This document shows positions 26,801-38,610 of a stretch of 64,000 nt of DNA, one piece after another. The stretch's first letter is position 1. The number at the start of each line of letters is the position of its first letter. The stretch spans positions 18,040,095-18,104,094 of the forward strand of contig OZ316891.1 of the NCBI GenBank assembly GCA_973895155.1, written 5' to 3'. The notes below the pieces were generated by a model. The model worked only from the letters and a program-made list of their open reading frames with translations. It was not told where the DNA came from and searched no databases. The position numbers and the translations under genes were made by a program. Source of the DNA: Marsupella aquatica (lineage: Eukaryota; Plantae; Marchantiophyta).

Positions 26801-27273
26801 GAAGAGGGGTCGTACCTTTGATTGTGGAGTTCAAGGACAATTCTCTCAAGATTCCCGCAGCAGTCGCCATGACACAAATATTATTCGAGATGTTGTGCCA
26901 CATTATGGAAAGGTAGAAGAGATTCTAGTGATATCTTATGATGCACAATCAAAGTTTGAAGAGTATGTCTTCAAGTGCAAGTGGTTCAAAGTGAACCTAG
27001 CTTGCAGGTAACAATCCTACTGCGGTTCAAGATGAGTGTGGATTTACACGACTGAAGACGTCTGCCACTAGTTTCCAGCCATCTCATTGGCAAACATCAG
27101 AGCCGTTCACTTTTCCAAGTCATGTGGAACAATGTTTCTATATTCCATACCCCCCAAACCCAGAGGAATGGTCACTTGTCATCACATATGTGCCACGGTC
27201 TCGTTCAATCGTTGGGGAAAAGCCTGATATTCTGGTTGTGTCCCAACCTGAAGATGATGAGGACCAAGTTTGA
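23892..27273 (+). pseudogene. CACTA TnpD/Tnp2-family transposase (Transposase_21, DUF4218, DUF4216-like)
   Basis: IHACVNDCMLF, WFPIIPRL, RLGLASDGVSP, WPVVLMNYNLPPW, WTMHDYPG, LDPMHIEGN, LKTHDYH, PPSFFDCQVHLLVHL, WMYWLE*YMAVLKGYVRNRARVEGS, FKCKWF. Introns at about 25053-25150 and 26612-26782. Frameshifts at about 24690 and 27005; stop at 26115. Confidence 0.93.
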
Positions 27274-29939
27274 GGGGTCTGTGTTTGTGGATATATAGCT
27301 ACACGGATATATAGTTAGATTTGATGATATGAAGATTTCTCTTCTCGGTAGAATGGAGAAATATGTGCTTCTCAATTATCAATAAACTTATGTTTTGTAA
27401 GTATATCATTTTCAAATGTTGTTTTCTATATCTCCCATCCCTACCCCACACTCACCACACCTTTTGGTAGACTTTATGCAAAGAAAACTCATGTTGCTTG
27501 TAGTCCTCTATCCTCCATGCTTTCCTAATCCCCCCCTAGCTGTTCTCCTTATTACTTGTACCCACCTCCCTCCTCCTTTCTTTCATTGTCTGTCCCTCTT
27601 ATTAAACCCTCCTTCCTCCTTCCTCTCCTTGTCCCAACCCCTGGCTTTCTATTTCAACCCTATACTTTCCTTACTTTCCACCCCTGTCCCCCACTCTTAC
27701 CTATACAACCTAGCTTCTCTCCTCCCTCCTAAACCTATACCCTTAAACCTCCCTCATTTCCTTCTCCCTCTCTAAACCAATACCCTCCCTCCTTTCCTTG
27801 TCCCTCTCTAAACCCTAAACTCCCTCCTTTTTATTTTCACTCCCTAAATCCAAACCCTCCCTAAAACTATATCTACATACCCTTCCTCCTCCCTCATTTC
27901 CTTGTGCCCCCTAAACCTGTATCCTCCCTCTTGGATCCCTCCGTTCCTTGTCCCTCCTAGCCCCATTCCCTTCCTCCTCCTTTTCATTGTCCCTCCCTAA
28001 AAATGACATGTATCCACCCTCCTTTACCCTCCCTCCCCAATCCCATTCCTTTTCCACCTCTTTGAAGCGCTCATAATATTTTGCGAAACATCTTGCGAAA
28101 CCCCTACACCCGCAAACTCATCGCTACATTTGCGATACTTAACTGCTCCCTAATTGCCATCATTCCCTCATCGCAAACTTCCGAAGATACCACCATCTCA
28201 AAGTTGCAAAACCAAAACATTCACAAAATGAGACCCTAGACAGGCACAGGATTTGCGAGCCTATTACTATCGCAAGTTAGCCATATATTCCACAAACATC
28301 GCTCATTTGCGAGACAATAAGACTCGCAAAATATTTTGAGATGCTTAAATATTCGCAACCATATAGTTTTCCGGCGCATCTCAATGAATTTGCAAAGCGG
28401 TAAAGATCGCTAACTTGTTCAATGGTAATTGCTTCGGAAATGTTTTGCGATACCTGAAGTGTCGTAAAATGTTGCGATGGTCTAAGTTTTGCAATTATGT
28501 GTTGCGATGTGTGTAGATTCGCTAAGTGCGATGCGTATCGGATCGCAAGTTTAGCGATGAGATTAATCTTGCAAAGCTTTCTTCCTCTTGTAAAACGCCT
28601 TCGCAAAATTGGCAAATATGTAGTAGTGTCTCTCAATGTTAAAGGGATGTAGTCAGTCCCTGCCCGAGTAACAACATTGGAATTAAGGGCTCAAAGAATT
28701 AAAACTGCGTCTTAAAGGTACTAGACAGACAGTAACAGTGAGGAAGGAAGCTGAGGTTTCGTAGGCATTCACTGTCTATTACATGAAGCGGGCCAAGGAC
28801 ATTGTCTACAGGTGTAGCGCATGCAATAGGGGTTTTAGGAGCTAAGGAGGCAATGGAGTTCAAGAGCAACATTGTGGGTGCATTGGAGGCCGTGAGGGGA
28901 ATGAAAGAATGTTGACGAGTTACAAGATCAATGGAGCTTATAGATGGCTAAATAATCACCACCAGGAGGCCACATAACCTTATAACCACATGCAAGTGAC
29001 AATATAGCAAGGCAGGGAAGAACAGGCAAAAACATGACAGAAAAAACAATTCAGCATGCAATTGAAAATGCAAGCACGTAGGACATTCATAAGAGAATTT
29101 CAAGTGCAATTCCGGATTGCCGAGCTGCAAGCTCCAAAATACCTACAAGATTGCAGGCGTCAGGTTTTCCACTCCTGCTCTTCCACGACCAGCTTCCAAT
29201 TGCTCAAGTGCTGTCCAATCGCAATCTAGAGGATTACCTTTGGCAGGCCTTTCGAGAGACTTCACACTTCAAGCCTTTCGAGTATTTACAACGCACCATG
29301 GCAACCAGATTGACAACACATGAAAAACAGCCAAGACAAGGAGAGAAGTACTTGCAAGATATCACAACTACCAATAGAGCGTAGTGACAGGCAGACAACA
29401 ACTTTGAATACTGGCATTTATTTTTAATGGGACGTGTTGGCAACTCAAGTTCATATGATAATTTTGGGACAACTTCACTCGGATCCCTATCGTACTGCAT
29501 ACCTTAGAGGTCTACAACAATCAAAGTTGTGATCTCTTTTTTTTTAATCTTTTTTTTATTTTTATGTTGGGAAGATCATCATGAGTATAAGAATTGAACA
29601 GCCATCTTGTCTGTGAGCCCGAAAAACCTCGAAAAGAACAAGCTCTTACTCCTGGTTGTCAACTTTTCGCAAAAAGACATGAACAGCTTCCAGAATTGGC
29701 ATCCTAACCCTACAAAACTTGCTGGAAGGGGGCCTTCTGATAGGTTGTATATTATCCAACAGCCAGAACAACTCAGACACTATCAGGTTCTAGTGATTAC
29801 TACTGCTCCCACCCCAATAGACATTAGTCCCTGTGATCGCTATGAGAAATCTCAAGAGGTGGCAGGTGAACCATTGTAAGTGGTGGACTAAGGACAAGGA
29901 AATTGTTGACAGTAAATATCCTAAGGAAAGAAATGGTGG

Positions 29940-30180
29940 TCACTTGCCCGTGTTCATCATCAGTGTGATATTATCACCTTTGAGGAGAATTCGACCAAGA
30001 GGTTTCCGCGTCTTCTTCTTTAATGAGATTTCCTCGGCATCCTCGAGGACCAAATTCATGTATTCATCAAAACCGATGATGCGTCCCTCTATTCTGAGGT
30101 CCTTCTGCTCGAACAACCAAATCTGAATCCTTGATTTACTTTGCAGAAACCAAAAAATAATAAACTTTGGTGGTCGCCAT
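29940..30180 (-). pseudogene. SmE: Intronless snRNP core protein E (SmE) copy with a frameshifting N-terminal deletion, inside the outer CACTA
   Basis: ATG at 30180 reads MATTKV, then lacks the QRIMTQPIN-equivalent segment and resumes in another frame as [72 protein letters not shown]. Length is 241 nt, not a multiple of 3. Confidence 0.9.
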
Positions 30181-33100
30181 GATTGCCGAGCGAAGTGAGG
30201 CCCCTCTTTAACAAATTGCTGTCCGCCCGTCCGCAGGGCCCTTGTCCGTAGCAAGAAATCGCACGGAACAGGGTGATAACGAAACCGGAGAGGTTCTTAA
30301 TTATTTTCAGCTGCTTGTTCGACACTAATAACCGGGAGTCGCGATCGGCACAAACAAGTTCAACTGACCTGTAGAAGCAATCATTTCAGAAATTTCAGTA
30401 AGTCAAATTCGAAGATCACTGAATGCTGGAAAAACCCGTGCACAGACAGAGTGTTTAGAAAGCTAAGATTTCTGTGCTGGGCATTGACAAATGCTTATCC
30501 CAACCGTAGTAGCGAACGAAAATGAGACATAGTTTTAGTAGACCTAAGAGTTATACGCGGGAGCTTGAGAACATGCTACGACCTAGTTGCAAACCACCTG
30601 AACGAGATAGTGTTAATTAATAAATACAGCTAAGAAGGTTGCTCTTCGGAGCTGTAACAAAACGCTTCAACCTGCTGTAGTTGCCGAACGAATTGACGAC
30701 TGAAACGAGCGCTCCCAGACACCGAGTAAGAGAAGGAAAAGGGCAACAAGAGGCAACCTATCAAAGTTGTGATCTATGTTAGAGAAACTCACCAATGACT
30801 TGGATGCGCTGCAACGCCTTTGTAGTCGATTGATTGATGTTTGCAACTCCGGCAAAGTCTAGTTTTTGGAAGAAAAGTAGACGGGCTCAGTTGCAGAGTC
30901 CGTCCATCTCTCTGAAGTGACTCCCCCCTCCTTGGCGCAAGGTCCCCTGTTCAGCCAAGAGATCCGCTTCAATCAGCAGCTTCACTGTCCGCAGAAAGGG
31001 GGCTCAGGTGGCTTGCTTAACTTAAACATCCTAAATCACCAGCTCTGGAAAGAATTGGCTTTGGGAATTTGTTATTCCAGCCACTATAGATTACATATAC
31101 AAATTTGCACTCTAGAATTGAAATGTGTGGAAGTGTAAGACTCTCACCTTAGAATAGCCTCACACAAAAGTTGTTGAGCATGTTGGGGCTCAAAGATGGA
31201 ACAATGGCTACCGCCCATTGACGGTGAAGGGCATTCTCGGTTTGGACCTCCTCTCTCCAACCCCTTCTAACCCGCACCTCCAAAGTTGATTCGGGAGTTG
31301 ATTAGCAATAACGTCGCTCCTATGCCAAAGGCACCAAGAACCAAGCCAAAAGAAAGGGTTTAGCAAAGGGAGAGCGATGTAGTGTGCACTGATCAATGAC
31401 TCAAAGTTGACGTCGAACCCTCCATTGCGCTAGCTATTGGCGATTGCCACATAGAGAGCAGCCGTATGTAGCAAACTGTAATGCAGATACTCCCGTCAAA
31501 GGTCGATGCGTCACACTCAGCTTTAGAGGAAGGATAAACAATTGAGCAGCATTGCATTGTGCAAAAATGTTGGAGAAGCACATTGCTTCCAGGCCCGAGC
31601 TCACCTCCTTCCCCTTTCACCACTTCGCAGCTCCTCCAAGAGACATTCACTCAAGGGCACATCACGCAGTTGCTTGCCCTCCTCAGAAGCTCAACACCAC
31701 AGCCACCAAAGTTGTCAGCTCCCACTGCAACTGAACAGGTCACTACCAAAAGCCCGCTCCCACCGCAGCTGAACAAGTGAGCGACACAAGAGTGTAGGAC
31801 CTCCGCCAAGCCCAGGGCAGCAGCTCAATGAAACTCAATTTGCAACTCGTCTCACTCTCGCTCTTGCTACAAAGAAAAAAAAGCGCAGGTCAAACTCCTT
31901 TGTGGCCTCAGTCCCCACCGCTTTCCCCAAGCTATGGAAAACTACTAGCAGCTTGCGCTCACAGCATGACATCCAGGTCTTTAGCCAACTGCACACTGGA
32001 AACCGAGAGAAGTGAGCGCAGTCGCGCAAGGCCAAAAAAGACCAAAGTTGAGCCAAAGCAAAACTTTACTAATGTATTTACAGTCAAGCATGAGGGCAAT
32101 TAGGTAAGTAGAAGACCACGCATTCCCGCAAAGAGTTGTAGGTTCTCGTCACTTCCTCGCCTCTGTATAGAAGGTCGACCGTTGTATCTCGGGTACCCAA
32201 TGATAGTGGAGATGAATGCAAATAGGCCTCACCAATCGCCAGTCATCCGTGATAAACCTCCCGACAACCTTGCTCCTATACACCTTAGCACCCGCGTTGT
32301 CACCACAGGAAAGACGAATGTAAGATTTAGGGCCCACCTAAACCCTATAGTGAGATTGCAGTCGACAATGGGTCATATAGCAAAGGTCGAAGCTCCAAGC
32401 CCTACGCAATGACATGAAATCCCACCTCCAAAAGCGCTAAATGTATTGACTGAGTGCGATCAGGTGCAAGAGTCGAGAGCAACTGAGGAAAAGTGCATTA
32501 TCGGGCGCAAAGTGTTTGGCCTTGGATTCCCTTGCAGAAACATGAAGGAAAACCCTGGTGGTAGCCGTCGACACTTTGTGCAATTTTCCTTTACAAAATC
32601 CGTTTACCCTAAACATTGAGTCGACTGGAAGGACTCGTTCATAGGCATTCTGCAAGCACCTAACACATTTAGACGTAAGTTCACAGTTAGGATTAAACGG
32701 TAACTAAGACCAAGGGTGCATGCATTTTTTTTTGGGGGGGGGCTTTTAGTTGGGTATTTTGGGTATATTGGGTTAGATAAATATCCTAAGTCACCCAGAT
32801 GGCAAAAAACAACACCTACCCTTAAACTCACCCTCCTCAAGCATAAACCCTCTGAAAACCCATTGGACATTTGGAGTCATTGGTAAAAGAGGGTTAAATG
32901 GATGAAGAATGGACCGGGGGGGATGGATGCCGACGATCCAATGGTCCCTAAACCCCCATCCCCTTAACATGCAACCCCCGACCCTTGACATCAAACCGAG
33001 TGTTCTTCGGCTGGACAACCCCCTAACCCTAAACCCACACCCCCTTGAGACCGGTACAAATCTACCTTTGTGCATCTCGGCCTTTTATAGATGGAGTTAG

Positions 33101-33669
33101 TAATCGATCCCTCCGTAGTCCACCCTCCATGAACCTCACTCCAAAACCTTTTTGGTCACAAATAAGGCCATTTATTGAGTTATGCCCCTTGCTATCACCC
33201 TCTTTATAGAATTACCCCTCCTCAACATAAGTGAACATTACCCATGATGTGCTAGACTATTCACCGTTCACAAAGTAGCAAGGTTACTTCTCATAGTCTT
33301 TTAGTGAACTATAAAACACTAATAGTCTTTTGTAGTCTTCAACAAAACCGGTGCAATGGGTGCGAGTCGTTTCAAGTATGGAAAAAGGACTTAGTGGGCT
33401 TAGTCCTATAAGGTATGGTCTAAATTGCCCCGGTTTCTACTAGTGAACTGAATAACTTGTAAGTATCAATCAGCATTAATTTTGCAATAAATGAGGAGAG
33501 TAGTTGCCTTAAATCACGCATTCAATGCATGAATTGAGTCAATGAAGTTATGGTCCAATTTCTCACTCCGATTTTGATCAATCCGTGTTTCAAGTCCAAT
33601 ACAGAAGCAATGTATCAGAAGTACTAGTAGAGGATCTGAATGAATTCTCTAGTCTAAAATTGTATGGCG

Positions 33670-34634
33670 TTGTTAGTAGGATGACCTGATTTTTCGGTTA
33701 CACATGTAGTTCATCATGCACACAGTCGCGTGAACCAATTTATCTCGTGTCTTTTGATATTGTTTATTGTAGTCGACAGCCTAGCGAATTGGCCAGCAAT
33801 CTATTTTAAAACCGAGGTCTTCGTTTCATCACGCGCACGGTCGCGTTAATATTTTAGAGGTCAGCGAAAGCTCTGCACTCTTAGACGTAATCGCCCTTTA
33901 TTTCTCAGATCTTCTTGATCTCAACTTGTTAGTAGGATGACCTGATTTTTTGGTTACACATGTAGTTCATCACGCACATAGTCGCGTGAACCAATTTATC
34001 TCGTGTCTTTTGATATTGTTTATTGTAGTCGATAGCCTAGCGAATTGGCCAGCAATCTATTTTAAAACCGAGGTCTACGTTTCATCATGTGCCCGGTCGT
34101 GAAAATATTTTAGAGGTCAGCGAAAGCTCTGCACTCTTAGACGTAATCGCCCTTTATTTCTCAGATCTTCCTGATCTCAACTTGTTAGTAGGATGACCTG
34201 TTTTTTTGGTTACACATGTAGTTCATCACGCGCACAGTCGCATGAACCAATTTATCTCAGGTCTTTTTGATATTGTTTATTGTAGTCGACTGCCTAGCGA
34301 ATTGGCCAGAAATCTATTTTAAAACCGAGGTCTTCATTTCATCATGCGCCCGGTCGCGTTAATGTTTTAGAGGTCAGCGAAAGCTCTGCACTCTTAGACG
34401 TAATCGCCCTTTATTTCTCAGATCTACCTGATCTCAACTTGTTAGTAGGATGACCTGTTTTTGTGGTTACACATGTAGTTCATTACGCACACAGTCACGT
34501 GAACCAATTTATCTCAGGTCTTTTTGATATTGTTTATTGTAGTCGATAGCCTAGCGAATTGGCCAGAAATCTATTTTAAAACCAACATCTTCGTTTCATC
34601 ACGCGCCTGGTCGCGAAAATGTTTTAGAGGTCAG
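33670..34634. repeat. Tandem repeat, 256-257-bp unit, about 3.8 copies
   Basis: ttgttagtaggatgacctg at 33670, 33926, 34182 and 34439 with high identity. Confidence 0.95.
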
Positions 34635-34878
34635 AGGAATCTCGTGGATGATTTTTCCTTGATTGCAAAAATGGTTACATTGATCCCGAAGGACTTCGGA
34701 TGTGGAATCCATATCCACTAGCACTATCCAGGAATTTAACTGACTTGGTCTTTTGAACACTATTTTCCACGGGATGAAATTAAGCTACACAGTATCTATA
34801 ACAAGTTCTAACTTGAACTACTCTTGAATCTGTAGTTCTAATCTTCGACTACTCAAAATATTGTTGACTTCGATCGAG

Positions 34879-35421
34879 TCAGTCATTCCAAGATGAAGGC
34901 ATCCACTCATCGGTGTCTGGTGTGGATTCCCTTGAATCCAGAAATTCTTCCTTTGCCCAAGTCCTAACGTCCATAGATTTTCTCGGCTTGCTCTTTCTGT
35001 AATACAAATCAGAATCTTCGTTCATCTCTAATTGCCTTTTCTTCGGTGCGTCCACTTCCTTGGCCTCCTTCTTGACTGTCTTAGCGTCTGTTGCTGCTTC
35101 CCCCGAAATGGATTTGACGCATGCTTTGGCCTTCAACTTCTCCCCCCTCGAAATGGATTCCACGAGGGCTTTGCCCTTTAACTTCTCCCCTGATGCCATC
35201 TTTGTAGTCATCTCTATCGGATTGGTCTCCATCTGATCTTCCATCGACAAATGTGGCAAACAATGTCGTCTCTCACAAAACATTTGACCCGATTTAGTCA
35301 CCGTAAACATTATATTACATCGCTGACACATTCTGTAAGGAGTACCACAAATTCTATACGTCAAACCTTCTAAATCGTCCGTCGGAACATCCTCATTCTT
35401 CAAGCTCAGTGGAGTAGTCAT
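34879..35421 (-). CDS. Orphan 180-aa protein with Cys cluster and K/E-rich tail
   Basis: Uninterrupted ATG-to-stop ORF. C-x6-CxxC-x13-C-x3-HC motif. TATAAA on the minus strand at about 35551-35556. Confidence 0.5.
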   Translation of the reverse strand: MTTPLSLKNEDVPTDDLEGLTYRICGTPYRMCQRCNIMFTVTKSGQMFCERRHCLPHLSMEDQMETNPIEMTTKMASGEKLKGKALVESISRGEKLKAKACVKSISGEAATDAKTVKKEAKEVDAPKKRQLEMNEDSDLYYRKSKPRKSMDVRTWAKEEFLDSRESTPDTDEWMPSSWND

Positions 35422-35738
35422 CGCCCTTCAAACAAGAGATGCGGACTGAGACTAAGAATTGGAAATGAGAGAGTTGATGTGCGAATAGATTATCCAGTAG
35501 CCAGAAAGTGGAATGCGTGGGGGAATGAGCAGTAGGGATCATCTCAATGCTTTATACTGTTTAGTCTCCACTAGTCATTGTACATAGTGGTTTCTAGAAG
35601 AGAGTGCGCGTTTGACTGGCGCGTATTAGAATTGGCGGGAAGTTCAGTTGTCCTCTAATTATGGCTTTAATTTCACGTTTGGCGACCGCCCCGGGAATAC
35701 TGATTGCTAGTGAAGTACTAAGATTTCTTATGAGGGTC

Positions 35739-36400
35739 AGTAGTTACTGACTGTCCGGTGTCCACTCATTGATAAACTGGTACTGTCCACTCATTTTTTC
35801 TGAGTGGAGTTGAAATGATTGTTCGTAATCGATTGTAGTAGTTCTCATTCACTTGAAATGACTGACGGACCATGCATAATCTGTTACCGGTATGTGTGAT
35901 GCCTTCAGATCCGTAATTGTATCTTCCTGTCTCACGCGCAATCGTATCTTACTTATGAAGTACCAAGTACGAGCTAGAGTTTGGGCCTAGCCTTCTAGCT
36001 TCTACGTCGTAGACCCTGTTATCCCTACACCCTCTGACTAAGGTCACGTGGCTAGTCGCGTGCAGGGCAGTGCATTGACTACATTCTGCTTACTTATTGA
36101 CGGTCGTGACAGGACAATGCAGTTCACGGACATTTTATTGGCGCTTATTAGCATTACTGTCCTCAGTAGTTACTGACTGTCCACTCATTTGTTCTGAGTG
36201 GATGTGAAATGATTGATCGTAATCGATTGTGGTCATTCTCATTCACTTGAAATGACTGACGGACCATGCATAGTCTGTTGCCGGTATGTGTGGTACCTCT
36301 AGGGTCACGCGACCAGTTGCATGCAGCGCAGCGCATTGACTACATTCTGCTTATTGACCGACATGACAGGACAGTGCAGTGAAGTTGACGGACGTGACAG
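35739..36400. repeat. Duplicated segments upstream of the DUF7869-like transposase
   Basis: agtagttactgactgtcc..gagtgga..tgaaatgattg..cattcacttgaaatgactgacggaccatgcata at about 35739-35900 and 36165-36290; gcattgactacattctgctt at about 36072 and 36333. Confidence 0.8.
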
Positions 36401-36449
36401 GATTGTATGCTTACAGTGATATTCTCTTATGTGCAGGATCATAATTATT

Positions 36450-37940
36450 ATGGTGACATCGATAGTCTGGATCAGGGAAGGCGGACAAGTTATTATAGGC
36501 ATACGTGAGAAACAAGTTGGAAAGGTCGCGTGATAAGTCTTGATCCTTCCAGGGTTTGTCACAATGTTCCTCTTGGGGCGGACAAAGTTCTTCTTCTATT
36601 GGAGAAAGTTTTTGACGAGACCATTCTATGCGAAGATGGCGAACTTTTGAAGGACATGATTGGAGGTTACCTTGTATGGGAAAGGAATCAGCTTTTTCGA
36701 GCTCCCATGGAATCGGAGGATGTGTTTGGCACTGTTGGTGATGATCAAGATCCAGTCAATCAAAATTCTGATGGGAACAAGCATAATGAGAGTCGGTCTG
36801 GTGTGGAAGTAGTTTTACCAAAGGCCTTGTGGATGGGCATGCCTATAAAGGTGGTGGATGAGAACAAGTTGATTTTTGCAATAGCAACTATACATGTTCT
36901 AGATCCTATAGTGAAGCTTGGGGATGTCACCCTTGGGAATACACATGTGGGAATTTTGATCAACGATTTTGTCGAGGGAGCTACCATAGATCATCTAAAG
37001 CATAGAGATTGCTTAAAAGCTTGGTCGATGGACCAACTCATTGCCAAGGATGGCAACTTGTTGTCTTTCCACAACATCAGGCAAGTTATGGGAGGGAACA
37101 CATCTCCAACAAGTGGCAAGCGGTCCTACGTCCATAAAAGTAGGAAAAGAAAGAGTCCATCTTCCCAGACATCTAGAAGAGACACATCTTTGGCACGTCA
37201 AGATGTGTTGTTGATAAACACTAAGGACTGTTGTAGTGAACATTGTTGCCAATATTTGGACCGCAACTTGGCTATGGCAATTAGGCAAAAGTGGTGGTCA
37301 AAATCTTTTGCGGAGCGCAAGGAGGAGGAAATCAAGGCTATTAAAAATACAATACACTTGGGTACTGGAGAAAGGATTCTAGCAGTGGAGGGCAAAGTAT
37401 TGTGCTTGGAGGCATGGAGAATCATTCATTCAAGAGGAAAGACTCAATTTTATGCCTTGAAGAAGACTGTGATGGCTGGAATGAACATAGGTACCCATGG
37501 TAATGCTGGAAAAAGGCGTATGTCCAAGAAAGTATCTCAAGCGTTCATGTCAATGAAAGAGATTATTGAGGAGGCAGCTGATCATCATCCAGCCAAGTTG
37601 AGAACCATGGCAGATAATACAAGGATGGTTTTGAGGGAATTGCCAACAAATCTTACTTGGGAGAATATTAGAAACAGAATTAATGTTGTCATCCAGGAGG
37701 CTGGTCTTCCTCCAATTTCCCAACCCACCTTGAGTCATCTACATCAGATGTATTTCAGGGAGTTCTCACGTCACAAAAAGAGCAACAACTTTTCAAAGTG
37801 TACAACTTGTAGTGAGTTGCTTCAACGGAAAGCAAACCTTACAGAAGCTAAGGAAGAGTTAGAGGGCCTAAGGCATGACGAGGAGGAACATCACCAAGAC
37901 CACACACAGAAAAGAATGTGCTATCATACCTGGAGATATG
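36450..37940 (+). pseudogene. DUF7869/Sola-like transposase, 5' part (interrupted by Gypsy)
   Basis: ORF 36530..37945 has CCSEHC, LCLEAWRIIH, HGN and FSKCTTC motifs. Removing the Gypsy element and one TSD restores TWRY-ESIHRPKEVLCLIHDKMD. Probable frameshift near 36520. Confidence 0.75.
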
Positions 37941-38610
37941 TGTGATAGGACCGCAAACCCGGTAGTAACTTAGTGATGACTTATAATTGCATATATAAGT
38001 AGAAATACAAGTAGGTGTAGTAAAACTGTTTAGGAAAGCCTCGCGGAACTGAGGAGGAACTGAGGCGGAACTGAGGCGGAACTTGGACCAGGAAATAGGA
38101 GACCTAATCGATCGCAACTTTGGCGATTAGGATCTTCAATCAGGAATTTCTAGTGCAACGGGATCGGGGGAGCAAGGGGATTCTTCTGATAGCATCGAAA
38201 GATGGATTGAGCAAGGCTAGCAGGAGCGGAAAACTGGATGAAACTGGCCAAGGGACAACTCAGCGTGTTCAATCGACAGAACTGTAGGGCAAGTGGCTTT
38301 TTCCTGAGCGATTGTTGGTACTCGAGAACGCTACAGAGAGTGGAGATCACATTATACCCGTAAGCTAACTTAAGCTTTGGATTGCAAGTGACGTCGAAGG
38401 AGTGGCCTGTGGCCTCGTTTGGAAGAGACAACGCTTAGCGTGCAGCTGAATTTTACTATCGTGGTGAGAAGCTGCAATAGGAGCACCATCGAATCGATAC
38501 CGGGCACACTGAATCCAAAATAGGTAAGACGACTAGTTGCAAGGTGTCAATCCAATTAAGAGATCTGCTAAGTGCATAAGGACATTCTATAATACTAGGG
38601 TCTTTTTGGG

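Larger units (their letters stand above)
17746..28628. mobile_element. Inner CACTA/EnSpm element (10.9 kb), decayed autonomous type
   Basis: CACTACAACA at 17746 and TGTAGTAGTG ending at 28628. TSD TCT at 17743-17745 and 28629-28631. Dense TCGCAA/TTGCGA subterminal repeats at 17770-18290 and 28080-28610. Confidence 0.9.
13628..33445. mobile_element. Outer CACTA/EnSpm element (19.8 kb including nested insertion), apparently non-autonomous
   Basis: TIR CACTAGTAGAAACCGGGG at 13628 and its reverse complement ending at 33445. 3-bp TSD AAC at 13625-13627 and 33446-33448. Subterminal GAGTCGT/ACGACT and ATAGGACT repeats at both ends. Confidence 0.93.

Noticed and set aside
27416-28070. Pro/Leu-rich ORF in a C/T-rich tract
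   Set aside because: This is low-complexity non-coding CACTA interior, mirrored by the G-rich tract at 20870-21300.
29940-30254. Functional 104-aa SmE as called in the ORF track
   Set aside because: The true ATG (30180) is out of frame because of a deletion. The called N-terminus is UTR read-through from a non-ATG start.
30900-32700. Further captured host gene fragments in the outer CACTA
   Set aside because: It has gene-like composition but no recognisable protein motif, so a database search is needed.
33670-34634. Hammerhead ribozyme/retrozyme or snoRNA cluster in the 256-bp units
   Set aside because: There is a GAAA-loop hairpin and TGATGA-like words, but no complete CUGANGA..GAAA core or convincing C/D box pairing.
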